A stretch of DNA of 64,000 bases from Macrostomum hystrix. Its lineage: Eukaryota; Animalia; Platyhelminthes. Positions 10,301 through 20,029 of this stretch are shown here, piece after piece. The notes under the pieces are model-generated. The model had not been told where the DNA came from. It made no database searches and saw only the letters and a list, made by a program, of their open reading frames with translations. The stretch lies in assembly GCA_950097015.1 (NCBI GenBank), contig CATNEN010000018.1:1-64000 (forward strand), in the 5' to 3' direction. The position numbers were made by a program, and so were the translations under genes. Every line of letters starts with the position of its first letter. The first letter of the stretch is position 1.

Positions 10301-11506
10301 GAGAAAAGTCCGAAGTTCTCACGGATCCACCTAGACTTTGTCGGTCCCCTCGGCCGCGGCGGTCAGAGCATCCTCACGATCGTGGATAGCTACTCCGGCT
10401 GGGTCGAGGCGTTTCCTGTGGCCAACCAAACCGCTAAGGCAGTCACGAGGATCCTGTCCACAGAGTTCATCCCACGGTTCGGGGTGCCCGATTGGATCCA
10501 CAGTGACCAGGGCGCTCAATTCGAGTCGAGCCATTTCCGCGACTTTTGTCGGAAGCTGGGCATACGGAAGACCAGGACCACGCCCTACCACCCACAAGGC
10601 AACGGCATGGCGGAATCCCAGCACCGCACCCTGAAGGCACTGTTGACAACGGCCGTGGGCCGACACCACGAGAAGTGGAAGGCTCACCTGGGCGCTTGCC
10701 TTGCCGCCATGAGGTCCGCCGAACACTCCTTGACCGGATTTTCACCATTCTTCTTGGTGTATGGGCAGGAAGCCCGGCTGCCCGTAGACGTGGCACTGGC
10801 CGCGCCGGCCGAAGCACCTGCGCCCCATCATTACGCGGAGCAGCTCTTGCAGAACCTGGAGGAGGCTCAAGTGCAGCTGCAGGAGCAATTTAACCAGAAG
10901 CTCCAGGCGCAGGCCCGAATGGGGGACAGGCAACGAAAGACGGAGCTCGAGGTAGGGGCCGTTGTGTACCTGGCCCGCCATCAGATCGAAGGCTGGGAGA
11001 TTCCCAAATTTCACCAGGCCTACTCGGGACCATGGAAGGTGGTCGCGAAGCCGGGCGTGTCGATTTACGACGTCGCGCCGGTGACCCCGCAGCCCGGCCG
11101 ACAACAGACGTACCGGGTGCACCGCGACAACTTGCGAGCTGTTCCCAAGGAGGCCGGGGAAGTCCGACCAACCCAGGAGGCGGGCGAGAGGCAACCAAGG
11201 CAGGTGCAGCGTGGGCCCGGGCGGCCGCCCGTGAGGCCCAGGCCAGCCTCACCCCCGCCGAGGATGTTGAGGGCGGAAAGCGAGTCCGAGGACCAGTGGA
11301 GCGACGGCTCCTCTGACTCCGAGGAAAGCTGGTTGGGCCCCGAGGAACCGCCGCCGCAAAGAGTGGACGAGGGTCCGCGAGTGTTGAGGCCCCGGAATGG
11401 CATCCGACCCCCCGAGCGCTGGGGCTATGTCCGGAGGATTCTCCTCGGTGAACCCGAGTCCGACCCGGAGTCCTGGGCGAGGACCAACGGCCACGACCCG
11501 GGCTAG
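7361..11506 (+). CDS. gag-pol: Single-ORF Gag-Pol, 1381 aa: capsid-like gag, RT, RNase H, integrase with GPY/F; no recognisable protease or CCHC knuckle
   Basis: RT motifs VKKKDGSLRVCIDYRELN, LDLRSGYHQV, MPFGLKGAP and YIDD. RNase H motifs LDCDAS and TDHSSL. Integrase HHCC (H..GHFG..CAQCHAC), IHLDF, HSDQG, NGMAE and YSGPW. Confidence 0.96.
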   Translation: MSDQEDEVVEVIGAPRPTKSRAASAERCQERRPLPATAAPGTPRTDPWEVHRCLLELLQSVRSDLQSLNGPVYSPVLRHSVATQTEGERPQVVRPAYGFRIPVEPFDQGRSDIASWMLRLEAKFQFEEVTDDRARNVTCYSLLPEEMQLESLLTIDFDGPFQQFRARLLDGCLDSRLPVTKRRTVERLQPRSGEAPEVFLVRLRKLVEWAYADYPEDWRQNELKRLYLQNGHFDSKFAFEAFSARDWTPEGTVFEQRRSEEADRVAHEIESEQLSSASEDASLYQSCASPVGSPPRAAVRAVEAADEAGPAEFRNGVEKVGVGSQLTAEQERQLGDLLRANADLFADQEEDLTVTTVVQHEITLTDPRPVKSAPRRIPQAYLEEVQQMAREWLETGKASHSASPYCSPLVLVKKKDGSLRVCIDYRELNERSVSEVTPLPRIDELLASLHGSSYFTTLDLRSGYHQVPMHETCKPYTAFAVPGVGLLQWNVMPFGLKGAPSTFSRLMNLVLAGVPQHEAMAYIDDVIVHSATFEEHLVRLQKTFDRLRAANLKMKPSKCFLAQPEISFLGHTVSGAGIATDPHKTCALSTWPRPRTATDVRSFLGAVGYYRDFVPEYSCLSAPLCELTKKGLVDVEPLWDDRHETAFEELKARMVEAPVLAHPSFEKGAGRFILDCDASLESLGAVLSQEQPDGTERVLAYGSKALSASQRNYCVTKLEMLSLVYFTRKYRYYLLGRRFLVRTDHSSLQWLRSFKEPTGMYARWVQHLSLYDFDLEYRKGSLHTNADALSRRPRQRHGDCPVCRPLEPGSEEESEDEGVVVNAVAAQAVMEPPLQPEELLAQQVADPVIHWILQAKVNGLAAPDPAAVPELNAKQKVALKKLLPYWDLLRVEEQLLKIQVHAPPRPPLWLLPASLDEQAFHSCHNGSLAGHFGRQKTLARVAQRFWRPGLRASMQKLCAQCHACLCSKKGRRAQAPPQPWEKSPKFSRIHLDFVGPLGRGGQSILTIVDSYSGWVEAFPVANQTAKAVTRILSTEFIPRFGVPDWIHSDQGAQFESSHFRDFCRKLGIRKTRTTPYHPQGNGMAESQHRTLKALLTTAVGRHHEKWKAHLGACLAAMRSAEHSLTGFSPFFLVYGQEARLPVDVALAAPAEAPAPHHYAEQLLQNLEEAQVQLQEQFNQKLQAQARMGDRQRKTELEVGAVVYLARHQIEGWEIPKFHQAYSGPWKVVAKPGVSIYDVAPVTPQPGRQQTYRVHRDNLRAVPKEAGEVRPTQEAGERQPRQVQRGPGRPPVRPRPASPPPRMLRAESESEDQWSDGSSDSEESWLGPEEPPPQRVDEGPRVLRPRNGIRPPERWGYVRRILLGEPESDPESWARTNGHDPG

Positions 11507-13705
11507 GGAGAAGTAGTTTCCACTGCGGGCGCCCCAGAGCGCTCACTCGGCCGTGCTAGGCGACCAAGCCCCACTGGAATTTCGTGGCAAAGCCCCCGCC
11601 CTTCCGTTACTTCTCCCCTTTAGTAAAATGCGCACTCTGCACTTTTTGCTCCTTTTCTCCTATTGTGCACGCCTTCCTTTTTCATCAAAGCCGCCTTGGC
11701 ACAAAAATCTCATAAAAATTCTTATAATTTAGCCAGAAACCCAAAAACATACCTAGTGGGGTGAAATTCCCCTAGTACTTTTTCGCATGAGATGCCTATC
11801 TAAATGTAGCAATCTAGGGCATGCACCTTCTTTTCTCAAAGAGCATTTTACTTTTATTCGCACCACATCATGCATGGCACCTTTGCCTTATCTTGCTTCA
11901 TATTGGTGGGTCTGTGGGAGTTCAATTTAGGACAACTTCTAACTTAGGAGGGACACCAACCCGCTAAAGTGAGCGGGGTGGTATGCCATGGGAAATTCTA
12001 TGTTTCTTTAAGGGAGGGAAGGCGGTTTCAAATCAAAAAGGCCATCTCGGCGCCAAACCCTCTTAAAAACTCATATAAACTAATCAAAATCCAAAAAAAC
12101 ATACTTAGTGGGGTGAAACTCCCCTAGTACGAATTTTCGCATGAAATATTTTCGTAATAACTGCCGCAAACTAGGGTTCGCACCTACTTTTCGCAAACTT
12201 GCTTATCTTACATGTTCTCTATGCTTGGTTTCGGGAGTTTAGCTAAACCGGCTTCTATTTAGGGGGTATACCAACCCGCTAAAGTGAGCGGGGTGGTATG
12301 TTTCGGGAGTTTTTTTCTTAATGTTTGTTTAAAGAGTGGGCGGTTGTGAATCAAGAGGCCGGTAGGATCAGGTATTCAAATTCTAGGGGAGACAATCTGG
12401 CTGTTTCAATGAGCGACAGATTTCAAAATGATAATTTTTCTTTTGTTAGGGCTAGAAAAGACAAAAAGAAACATTATTTGGGGAGCCAGAAGTTAGCAGC
12501 TGGGCATTCAAATCTAGGTACCTAGGCGGGGACAGAATAGTGTTGAAAATGGCAGTCTAGATAATTTCCAATTTAACCGATCTCTAACCAGGGCAGGGTT
12601 TTTCACAGTTTCGGGTCAGGGTCAATTTCATTTTTTTGGATAATTAGGCGTGCCGTGGGTAGGGGGGGACTCTGGTTATTCTAATTCTTATGCAATAACC
12701 CTCGCAATTATCCTTAATAACCGGCCTTGGGGGGCCGAGTAGAAGTCAAATAACTCACCTTTCTTCTTCAGACTGCGGCTGGGCCATAGCACAAGGAGCA
12801 GAGCACGTATTTAGCTAATCGGGCGACGCAGGCTAGGTGGCGATTGCAGGCAAGCTAGCGGTAGTTTAGGTGTTTGTTTGGGAGATAAAGAGGCTTGAGG
12901 TTAATGGGGCGTCAAGTGTTTGCTTTTATAGGGCTAATTTAGGGAGACGTGGCGGTCTAACCGCCAGCCAATGGGAGCAAAGTGGGAATTCCGGGCAGGA
13001 CCAGTTTAGGGGGCTCATGGTAACAGTTTAGTTGTTGGGGCCCTGACCTTTTCGGTGAGGAGACACCTCGGCCGGCAACAGCATCACAAGCGGCCTGAGC
13101 AGCGGTTTCCCCAGCTGCGACCAGCTGCAGCGCCGATTGGGCCGCGCGCAACGGCTAGGCAACCGGCCCGACGAGAATTTTCGGGCCCGGCCAGCTGAAA
13201 ACACCTGGGCGCGCGGCGAATCAGAGGCTACCACGGCCCGGCAACGGAATCGGGAAGGCGCGAACGGACCGACCAACCCGGAGCCACCTGGGGAAGAGCA
13301 CGGCCGGACCCTCGGACTTAAGGAGAAAACGGCCGGAGCCTCCCGGGATTGCGCAACCGAGACCAAGCCGGGCAGGGAAAGACGGGGACAGCTGCAGCCA
13401 CCTGGAGGAGAAGGCGAGCCGGGACACGGCACCCCGGGACAGCGAGAACAACTCTAACTCAGCCGGAATGCGCACCCACCTCCCCTCAGGACTCTATCCC
13501 TTAGTCGCTAGGGGCGCCGACCTTTTACACTCTCGCACAAAATCTATTTATAGCAGTATTGTTACGTACGATAACTTAGGATTTCTTCTCTAGCGGTTTT
13601 CTTCTTAGGATTCTTTACGGTATGCAGTAGGGTAATGTAAGTTTTTGCCCCCTCGATTCGCGGGACACCCCACTACTAACAGTAAGCACGTAAGTGTCTT
13701 ACGTG

Positions 13706-13724
13706 AAAGTGAGCAAGGGCGGTG
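13706..13724 (+). other. Polypurine tract of E1
   Basis: AAAGTGAGCAAGGGCGGTG directly abuts the 3' LTR. It is preceded by the perfect inverted repeat CACGTAAG-tgt-CTTACGTG (13687-13705). Confidence 0.7.
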
Positions 13725-16119
13725 TGATGTGGAGTGTACTTCGGAATCGAGTGGGGTTGTGAGCCAGCCAAATTTTTCCATTTTTTTAGCAAGTTAATAA
13801 TCGCGACCCACATAGCAGCTGGCCGCAGAACACCATCATTAATCTTAGGGCCAGACTTGGGGCGGAGGTGAATTAAGTAGCCGCCGATTCCCTTTGTCTC
13901 GGATCTGTCTAGTCCCCTGTAGGAGTGACTGATCGCGGAAATAGCAATACTGTATGGACTAGTTTAGGTTATAATTCTCCTCCAAACCGCGATCAGATTG
14001 TCGGGATCACTCATGCGTTTAGAGTGAGCTTTAATTCTTCATGTCCCTCTTCTTTACTGTAACCCGAGCCGAAGCTCGATTATGACCTTTCCCCCTTTAG
14101 ATACATGTAACGACACTATAGGCAGGTCGGCGCCTGCGCTTCCCATATCCCGGCGGGATCACAATCATTGGCCGACTGCCGGCAGACGCTCCTAGTGGGG
14201 CATCTGGCGATTCTCGCCGTCGCTTCAGTGGGCAATTGGGGTGGCATAATGCCGACCCGATTCCTCGCTGACAGGCTGGCGAGCATGTGGGTTATTTTGA
14301 TGAATGCGAGGTTGGCGGAGCTGCAGGACTATTTAAGAGAGCGCGCTGCGCTGCCCCTAGGACAACCTTCCCAGGACACCTTTTCCTTTTTTCCGGGAGC
14401 CTTTCCCGGCAACCTACCTTCGAACCTACCTTCCACCGACCTTCCCCCGGACCTACGTGTCCGCCCTTACAACCTTTTTCCCTTGTCCGGTCCCGGAACT
14501 CGGTCCGTGGACTCTCCCCCTTCTAGGCTAGCACCTAGTCCCTGAGCCTAAGGCTCCAGATCATAGCAGCAGGCAACTACCTGCTAGTGCCCTTAAGCGC
14601 AAGCCACCTCTTTAGGTGCGCTCCAAATTGAGCCTTGAGCTCCCTGCAGTCTGGCCCCTTGCCAACTGTACTTAGCAATTCCTCACCTCTCCTCCCGTTC
14701 ATTTGCATTCCCCCGCGAGATCGACGGCCTGCAGCCTGTCAACCAGCGTATTCAGATAAGTAACCCGCGCAGCGGACTGTTATTGCTATCCCTAAGGGAT
14801 TTACTATTTAGCTAGTGGGTAAAAGGGCAAGGGCAGGGATTTGATTTAGCCTAATAAAACTATTAATTCACCGCTTATCTAATTTATTGGGCAATTTAAT
14901 AACAACTTAAATCCTTTTTACTATGCATTTCACTTTCTCTTATTTTATCGTTAGACAGCCCTCGATCATGAGTGGCTAACTTATTAGGGGGATGGGCTCT
15001 GGCGATGCCTAGCTGAAAGCTGCGGCAGGAGGATAACTGTGAGCGCGCATGAAAGTAATAAGGAGCTAGGGATTTGCGAGTAAAATGCGGAGCGTAGCAT
15101 GTGTTTCTCTGCTAGGGGTGGGGGAATTCCTTGGCGGGTTTTTCCTCTCTTTCTGGCAGATCAAGGAGTGCGTGTCAACCTCCCTTGTCAATTAATGTTT
15201 CCCTTCTGTTCCCCGCCTCTCGCTGCCGCCGCCATGGGAGCGAGGGGTGTGATCTAATAATCACCGCTTGCATAATCACTCAGCCAGTGTTCTGCTCAAT
15301 CTCTCCTGCCTCTGATTTCCTCATCTCACACAGATTCGGATTTGCTAGTTATTTAATGTGTAGGCTGCAATCTAATGTAAGGAATGTGTCTAATGTCTCA
15401 TGAGTAGGATTCTGGCTATGGATTTCTCATTCGGGTTCGGAGTACCACCTTTCTAGACCACTGTAGCGCAGTTTCAGGAATCCCCTTGTGAGGCGTGACT
15501 CGATCCATTCTGGGGTTCTCACCCTAGTCTAAAACGGAAGTTACAGAATGCTCTATTTTTCGGCTTGTCTAAGATCTGTGTGACAAACTGGGAGCTGCGA
15601 GCTCCGGGGACCCAAGTTCCCAAATGTCTGCGGTGGCAACGCAGGCGCATTGGGTGGTGGCGCTACCTTCGATCATTATCCGCTTTGCCGATAGCCTTTC
15701 CGCATTTCTAAGACAAGAGCCTAGGCCGAGTCGACCACTGCTACCAAAGTTGGGAGTCAGTTACGAACATGCTACTGATGACAGTAGGCTATCTAGCCCT
15801 GTCCTATTCGCTTGCGGGTAGTCCGACATCTATTTAGACTTTTAGCCGGTTTCGAGCACTGCTTGGGGTGGGCACGGCAGTCATGCCTGTGGCCTATGGG
15901 TTGGGTGGGACTGGCCAGCCTGAGGCCAATAGGACCACTCACTTGCATCCTTTGTACCGCCTCATCTCTCCCTTCATCTCTCCCTTCATCCCTCCCTTCG
16001 TCATCCCTCTCTGCGACAACTCGCGGCAGCAGCGATCGACCTCCGACTCCATCGTCGTTTTCCACACTCCTATCTTTCATGAGGGCGGTCATCGGCTAGC
16101 AAAGACCCGCACTATTTCA
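13725..16119 (+). repeat. E1 3' LTR (2395 bp)
   Basis: Copy of 3664-6058. No difference was found in the segments compared by eye. Confidence 0.96.
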
Positions 16120-16420
16120 ATTACAGGTTTGGGATTTAATATTACAGGTTTGGGATTCAATATTACAGGTTTGGGATTCAATATTACAGGCTCGGGATTT
16201 AATATTACAGGTTTGGGGTTCAGTATTACAGGTTTGGGATTCAATATTACAGGCTAGGGATTTAATATTACAGGTTTGAGATTCAATATTACAGGCTCGG
16301 GATTTAATATTACAGGCTCCGGATTTAATATTACAGGTTTGGGGTTCAATATTACAGGTTTGGGATTAAATGTTACAGGTTCGGGATTAAATGTTACAGG
16401 TTTGAGATTCAATGTTACAG
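16120..16420 (+). repeat. 21-bp minisatellite, right part
   Basis: ATTACAGGTTTGGGATTTAAT units resume in register after the TSD. Confidence 0.95.
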
Positions 16421-16562
16421 AAATATTGGATTTAGATTTCTTAAAATTGACACATTCTGGCTGTTTAGTGTATTATTCGCAACAAATCTGCCTACTAATC
16501 TCTTAAAATTCATATATTTTTCTCATTCCTCGTTTCAGCTGTAGTTTTAGTTTCAATCCCAG

Positions 16563-16654
16563 TGAAACTCAGCACTGCCGCCTCCTCTCACCCTTCAGAG
16601 CCTCCCAGCCTCACTGAACCTCAGCACTGCCGCCTCCTCTCACCCTTCAGAGCC
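16563..16654 (+). repeat. 52-bp repeat (2 units), each containing a 3' splice-site-like CCTCCTCTCACCCTTCAG
   Basis: Unit ACTGAAACTCAGCACTGCCGCCTCCTCTCACCCTTCAGAGCCTCCCAGCCTC. Copy B has 7 units. Confidence 0.9.
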
Positions 16655-17000
16655 GCACCCAGCGACGCAGAGCTGAGCCAGCAGCTGCACTCCAAGCTCT
16701 CTCAGTCGGGATTCGTGGACTCCAGAGCCGCCTTGCAGATCGCTGTGGCTGACGTCTTGCAGGATGTCCTCAGGAAGAGATGGAACTTTAAGAACTGGTT
16801 CGCTGTGGGCAGCTTCTCTGAGGCCTGGGGCAACAGCCTGGTCTCTCTGGATGGCAGAACTGACATCGACTCTGACATCGATGTTATTCAGCTGATTCCA
16901 GGAAGGCCGATTCACCCGAGAGATGTGTGCGAGTGCGACCGAGTGGAGGCTGCTCAGACAGTGGAGCTCAGCAATGGCCACATCCTGAGCTCCGGATTCG
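16651..17000 (+). CDS. Predicted exon 2 of gene A: N-terminal part of the Mab-21/cGAS-like NTase
   Basis: WFAVGSFSEAWG...DIDSDIDVI carries the hGS and DxD NTase motifs. Phase-2 acceptor CCCTTCAG|A at 16650/1. Phase-1 donor TTCG|GTGAGA at 17000/1. Confidence 0.82.
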
Positions 17001-18151
17001 GTGAGAATTTCCTGTCAGAGACTGTCGGGATGGCTGGGACAAGAATTGAACATGAGTTTGGCTTGCTCATCTTCTTTGGCTTTCTAAAGCAAACAACAAA
17101 CAAGGAAAGCAAACAAATGTTCAGTCCAGGTTTGAAATGCAGAGCCAGAGCAAGAAATTTCCCAGCAAAAATGTAAACCCTGATTTTTCTTTCGGCGCGC
17201 TTCCTCTGGGAACCAAACAGAGGCTTAGCGCTCCTCGCTCAGTGTACTCAGTGAATAGTGATGCTATATTATGTATTCATTGTACATCCTGATATTTATA
17301 AGCCAAAATCTAATTTCCTATATTCGCTATTAACTGTTAGTTAACTAGCAATGTAAGCCCATCTTCGGGGAGCCCAGACGATTCAATCAAGTTTCTCTTT
17401 GTTTCTTAGGCTCGCAATACTTTCACAGTCACAGGTGTGCAAAATTACAGTTTTTGAGGTGACCGCCCCAGTCCATGGACTGAACCGTTGTACACAGCTT
17501 TTGGAAGCGTCGTACAAACGCTACGGCTGGGCCATTGCAAATTTCGGTTATTTCTATTATATTATATTCTATTGCCGCTTTTACAGAATTAGTTTTCTGT
17601 GATTCTGAAATTATGCCAATCAATGTCCATTGATTTTCAACAATATTCCGAACAGCCAATTCTAACTAGCCATATAGTAGCTAGTTATCCAGTAGACAGG
17701 AAAATTATCCTAATTTATGTGGGCGGGAAAACCCCCGCCGCAGGAAAATCCCATCGAATTTCCAGTCCAGATTTGAATCTCGGCCTGAGGGAACGATGCT
17801 TGTCCAAGAGCTGGAATCATAACCTCGTATTTATTCAGCTCAGCCAGCTGAAGGTTACAGTAGAAATTTGAGGGGGCTGGTGACTCCCCAGTACAAAGAC
17901 TGAAGAGCTGTATACAGTACTCACAAAATACTCATAAGAAACTAAAGAAGCAAGGAAGAATTGAAAATAATCGTGCACGTGCTGCCCTCCGTAGGGGGCA
18001 AAAGTTTCTAGTCTGCACTAAATTTTCATATAAATCGCAGCTACAAACCATCTTTGCACAATTTTTTTATATTATCGAGAAATAGTTCTGTGTCTATCAA
18101 CTTGAAATCTGATGGCCTTTTGCATATTTCTTGCATTTCCTTTTTCTCCAG

Positions 18152-19887
18152 CTTCCAACCCAGCCTCCACTCAAGATGGCTCCGCCCTGAGACCGTCTGT
18201 GGACGAAGTCACCGCCCGCCGCCTCTGCCGCTACCCTCCCATCGCGCCGCTGCAGCCACCAAGAGTCTCCAACTCCAACATCCCCCAGTCCGTGCTGCAG
18301 TCGCTCCAGCGAGACCTCACCTCTGCCTCATCGCCCTGTCACGTGGTGCACGCAGCTCCTCCCGGAATGGGGGGCCAGCAGCTCCGAGTGAGCAGCAGCT
18401 TCCTGGAGAGGCGACTGCTGCGGAGTCTCAGCACTCTGCAAGGCCAGCTGTTCGTCACACTCAAGTGGCTGCTGAAGAAGAAAATCTCAAACGTCGGCTT
18501 CAAGTCCTATCACGCAAAGACCGTCACGTTCCGAATGCTGGAGGAGACACCTGCTGAGCAGTGGAAGCCGGAGAATCTCGTGACTCTCACGACACGCTCG
18601 CTGCAGATTTTGCTTGACGGTGTGGAGAGCGGCTGCAGATCAGACACACCTGACGGTCGGATCCTGGAGCACTTCTTCCTGAGCGATGCCGCTGTGTACC
18701 TGAAGGGCTTGAAGTCAGCTGAGAGAGTGAGCGAAGCGTTGAATCGGGCAGCCGGCGCATTGAGAGACGCCATGGCTGAGCTGCCTCAGCTGCTGCTGCA
18801 GTTCGAGGACAGTCTGCGACCCGTCACCGACTCGGGCCGATTCCACTTCCAACCGTTCCTCATCCTGCCTCTACTCAATGACCGACCCGTGTCAGAAGCC
18901 AAGACATGCGAGTTCCACGAGATCTACGACATCGTGAGAGAGTCCGTGCTTCGTCTGTCCGATGGAGACCGCAGCCCGCAGTCCCGAGAGAGTCTCGCAG
19001 AGCTGATCAACAAACTGCCAGACTGCGCCCGATCAGCGCGAGAGTCTCTCAGAGCGCTGGCCTGCCTGAAGTTCGGCGACAGACGCACTGCTGAAAAAGT
19101 TGTGAGCGACTGCGGGCCGTTCAGTGCGAGCAGAGGCATCGATTGGGGAGCTGAGAGGTCGGCGAGTGAGGCCACTGCGGACTTTGTGTGGCAGCACCTG
19201 AAGAGCCGAGACTCCGCCTGGAAATTCTGCTTGGAGTTTGACGAGCGACCGAAGCTGCCGATTCAGCACGAAGTCTTTGCCGACTGCTTTCCGCTGCAGA
19301 TGATAAACTACAGCACATACTTCTACCTGAACTTTGATGCTCTGCTGCGGGCTCTTTGCAATGAGCTGACAGTAGCAGGAGACCGGAGCGATCAGGACTG
19401 GATCCGGGATGTGGCTCAGAGGGAGGATGCGGATGAGCAGGAGCTGCTGGTGGCTGCGGCGATATGCGGAGATCTGGAGCTGCTGCGGCGGCTGCGCAGA
19501 AGAATCACTCACGAGCTGTGCCGGCTGCCAGGGTGGCTGCAGCAGAAGATTGAGAGGCTGAGCAGTCAAGGTGAAGATCGCCAAGACCAAGGTGAAGATC
19601 GCCAAGACCAAGGTGAAGATCGCCAAGACCAAGGTGAAGATCGCCAAGACCAAGGTGAAGATCGCCAAGACCAAGGTGAAGATCGCCAAGACCAAGGTGA
19701 AGATCGCCAAGACCAAGGTGAACATCGCCAAGACCAAGGTGAAGATCGCCAAGACCAAGGTGAACATCGCCAAGACCAAGGTGAAGATCGCCAAGACCAA
19801 GAGATTCAAGAGATTGAGACATCTGGCGAAGAGCCGCCGCAGCAAAAGGCAAAAAGGCTGCAGAGAAAGCGAAAATCGGTCGAGTAA
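18152..19887 (+). CDS. Predicted exon 3 of gene A: Mab-21/cGLR core and C-lobe plus repetitive acidic tail
   Basis: Phase-matched acceptor TTTTTCTCCAG|CT. VDEVTA supplies the candidate third acidic residue. [20 protein letters not shown] and LEHFFL are typical Mab-21 family motifs. Exons 1-3 total 3375 nt, an exact multiple of 3. Confidence 0.85.
19567..19797 (+). repeat. Coding 21-bp repeat, 11 x QGE(D/H)RQD
   Basis: CAAGGTGAAGATCGCCAAGAC units lie in frame. Copy B has only ~1.5 units before its stop. Confidence 0.95.
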
Positions 19888-20029
19888 AGCACCAAATATA
19901 ATCATTTTACAATCAAGTTATCATTTAGTATCAAAAGATCATTGGACCATCAAGTCGTACACTCACGAGCTGTGCCGGCTGCCAGGGTGGCTGCAGCAGA
20001 AGATTCGGAGGCTGAGATGTCAAACTAAA

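Larger units (their letters stand above)
3664..16119 (+). mobile_element. Full-length Ty3/Gypsy-type LTR retrotransposon (E1), 12,456 bp, 4-bp TSD ATTA
   Basis: Direct repeats 3664-6058 and 13725-16119 (offset 10061) with TG...CA ends. ATTA at 3660-3663 and 16120-16123. PBS, PPT, and RT-RH-IN domain order. Confidence 0.97.

Noticed and set aside
13028-13475. GC-rich ORFs before the PPT as a possible env or displaced protease
   Set aside because: No D[TS]G, signal peptide or transmembrane segment, and low complexity. The E3 homologue is outside the window, so conservation cannot be tested.
16562-17176. Stand-alone 204-aa and 153-aa (44174-44635) ORFs
   Set aside because: They start at GTG, and Mab-21 similarity stops at the GTGAG donor. 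The C-terminal ~58 aa are intron read-through.
18112-18151. ATG at 18112 as the start of a 591-aa protein
   Set aside because: It lies in the polypyrimidine tract of the acceptor and is not conserved in copy B (GATAGCATT). The product would also lack the GS and DxD motifs.
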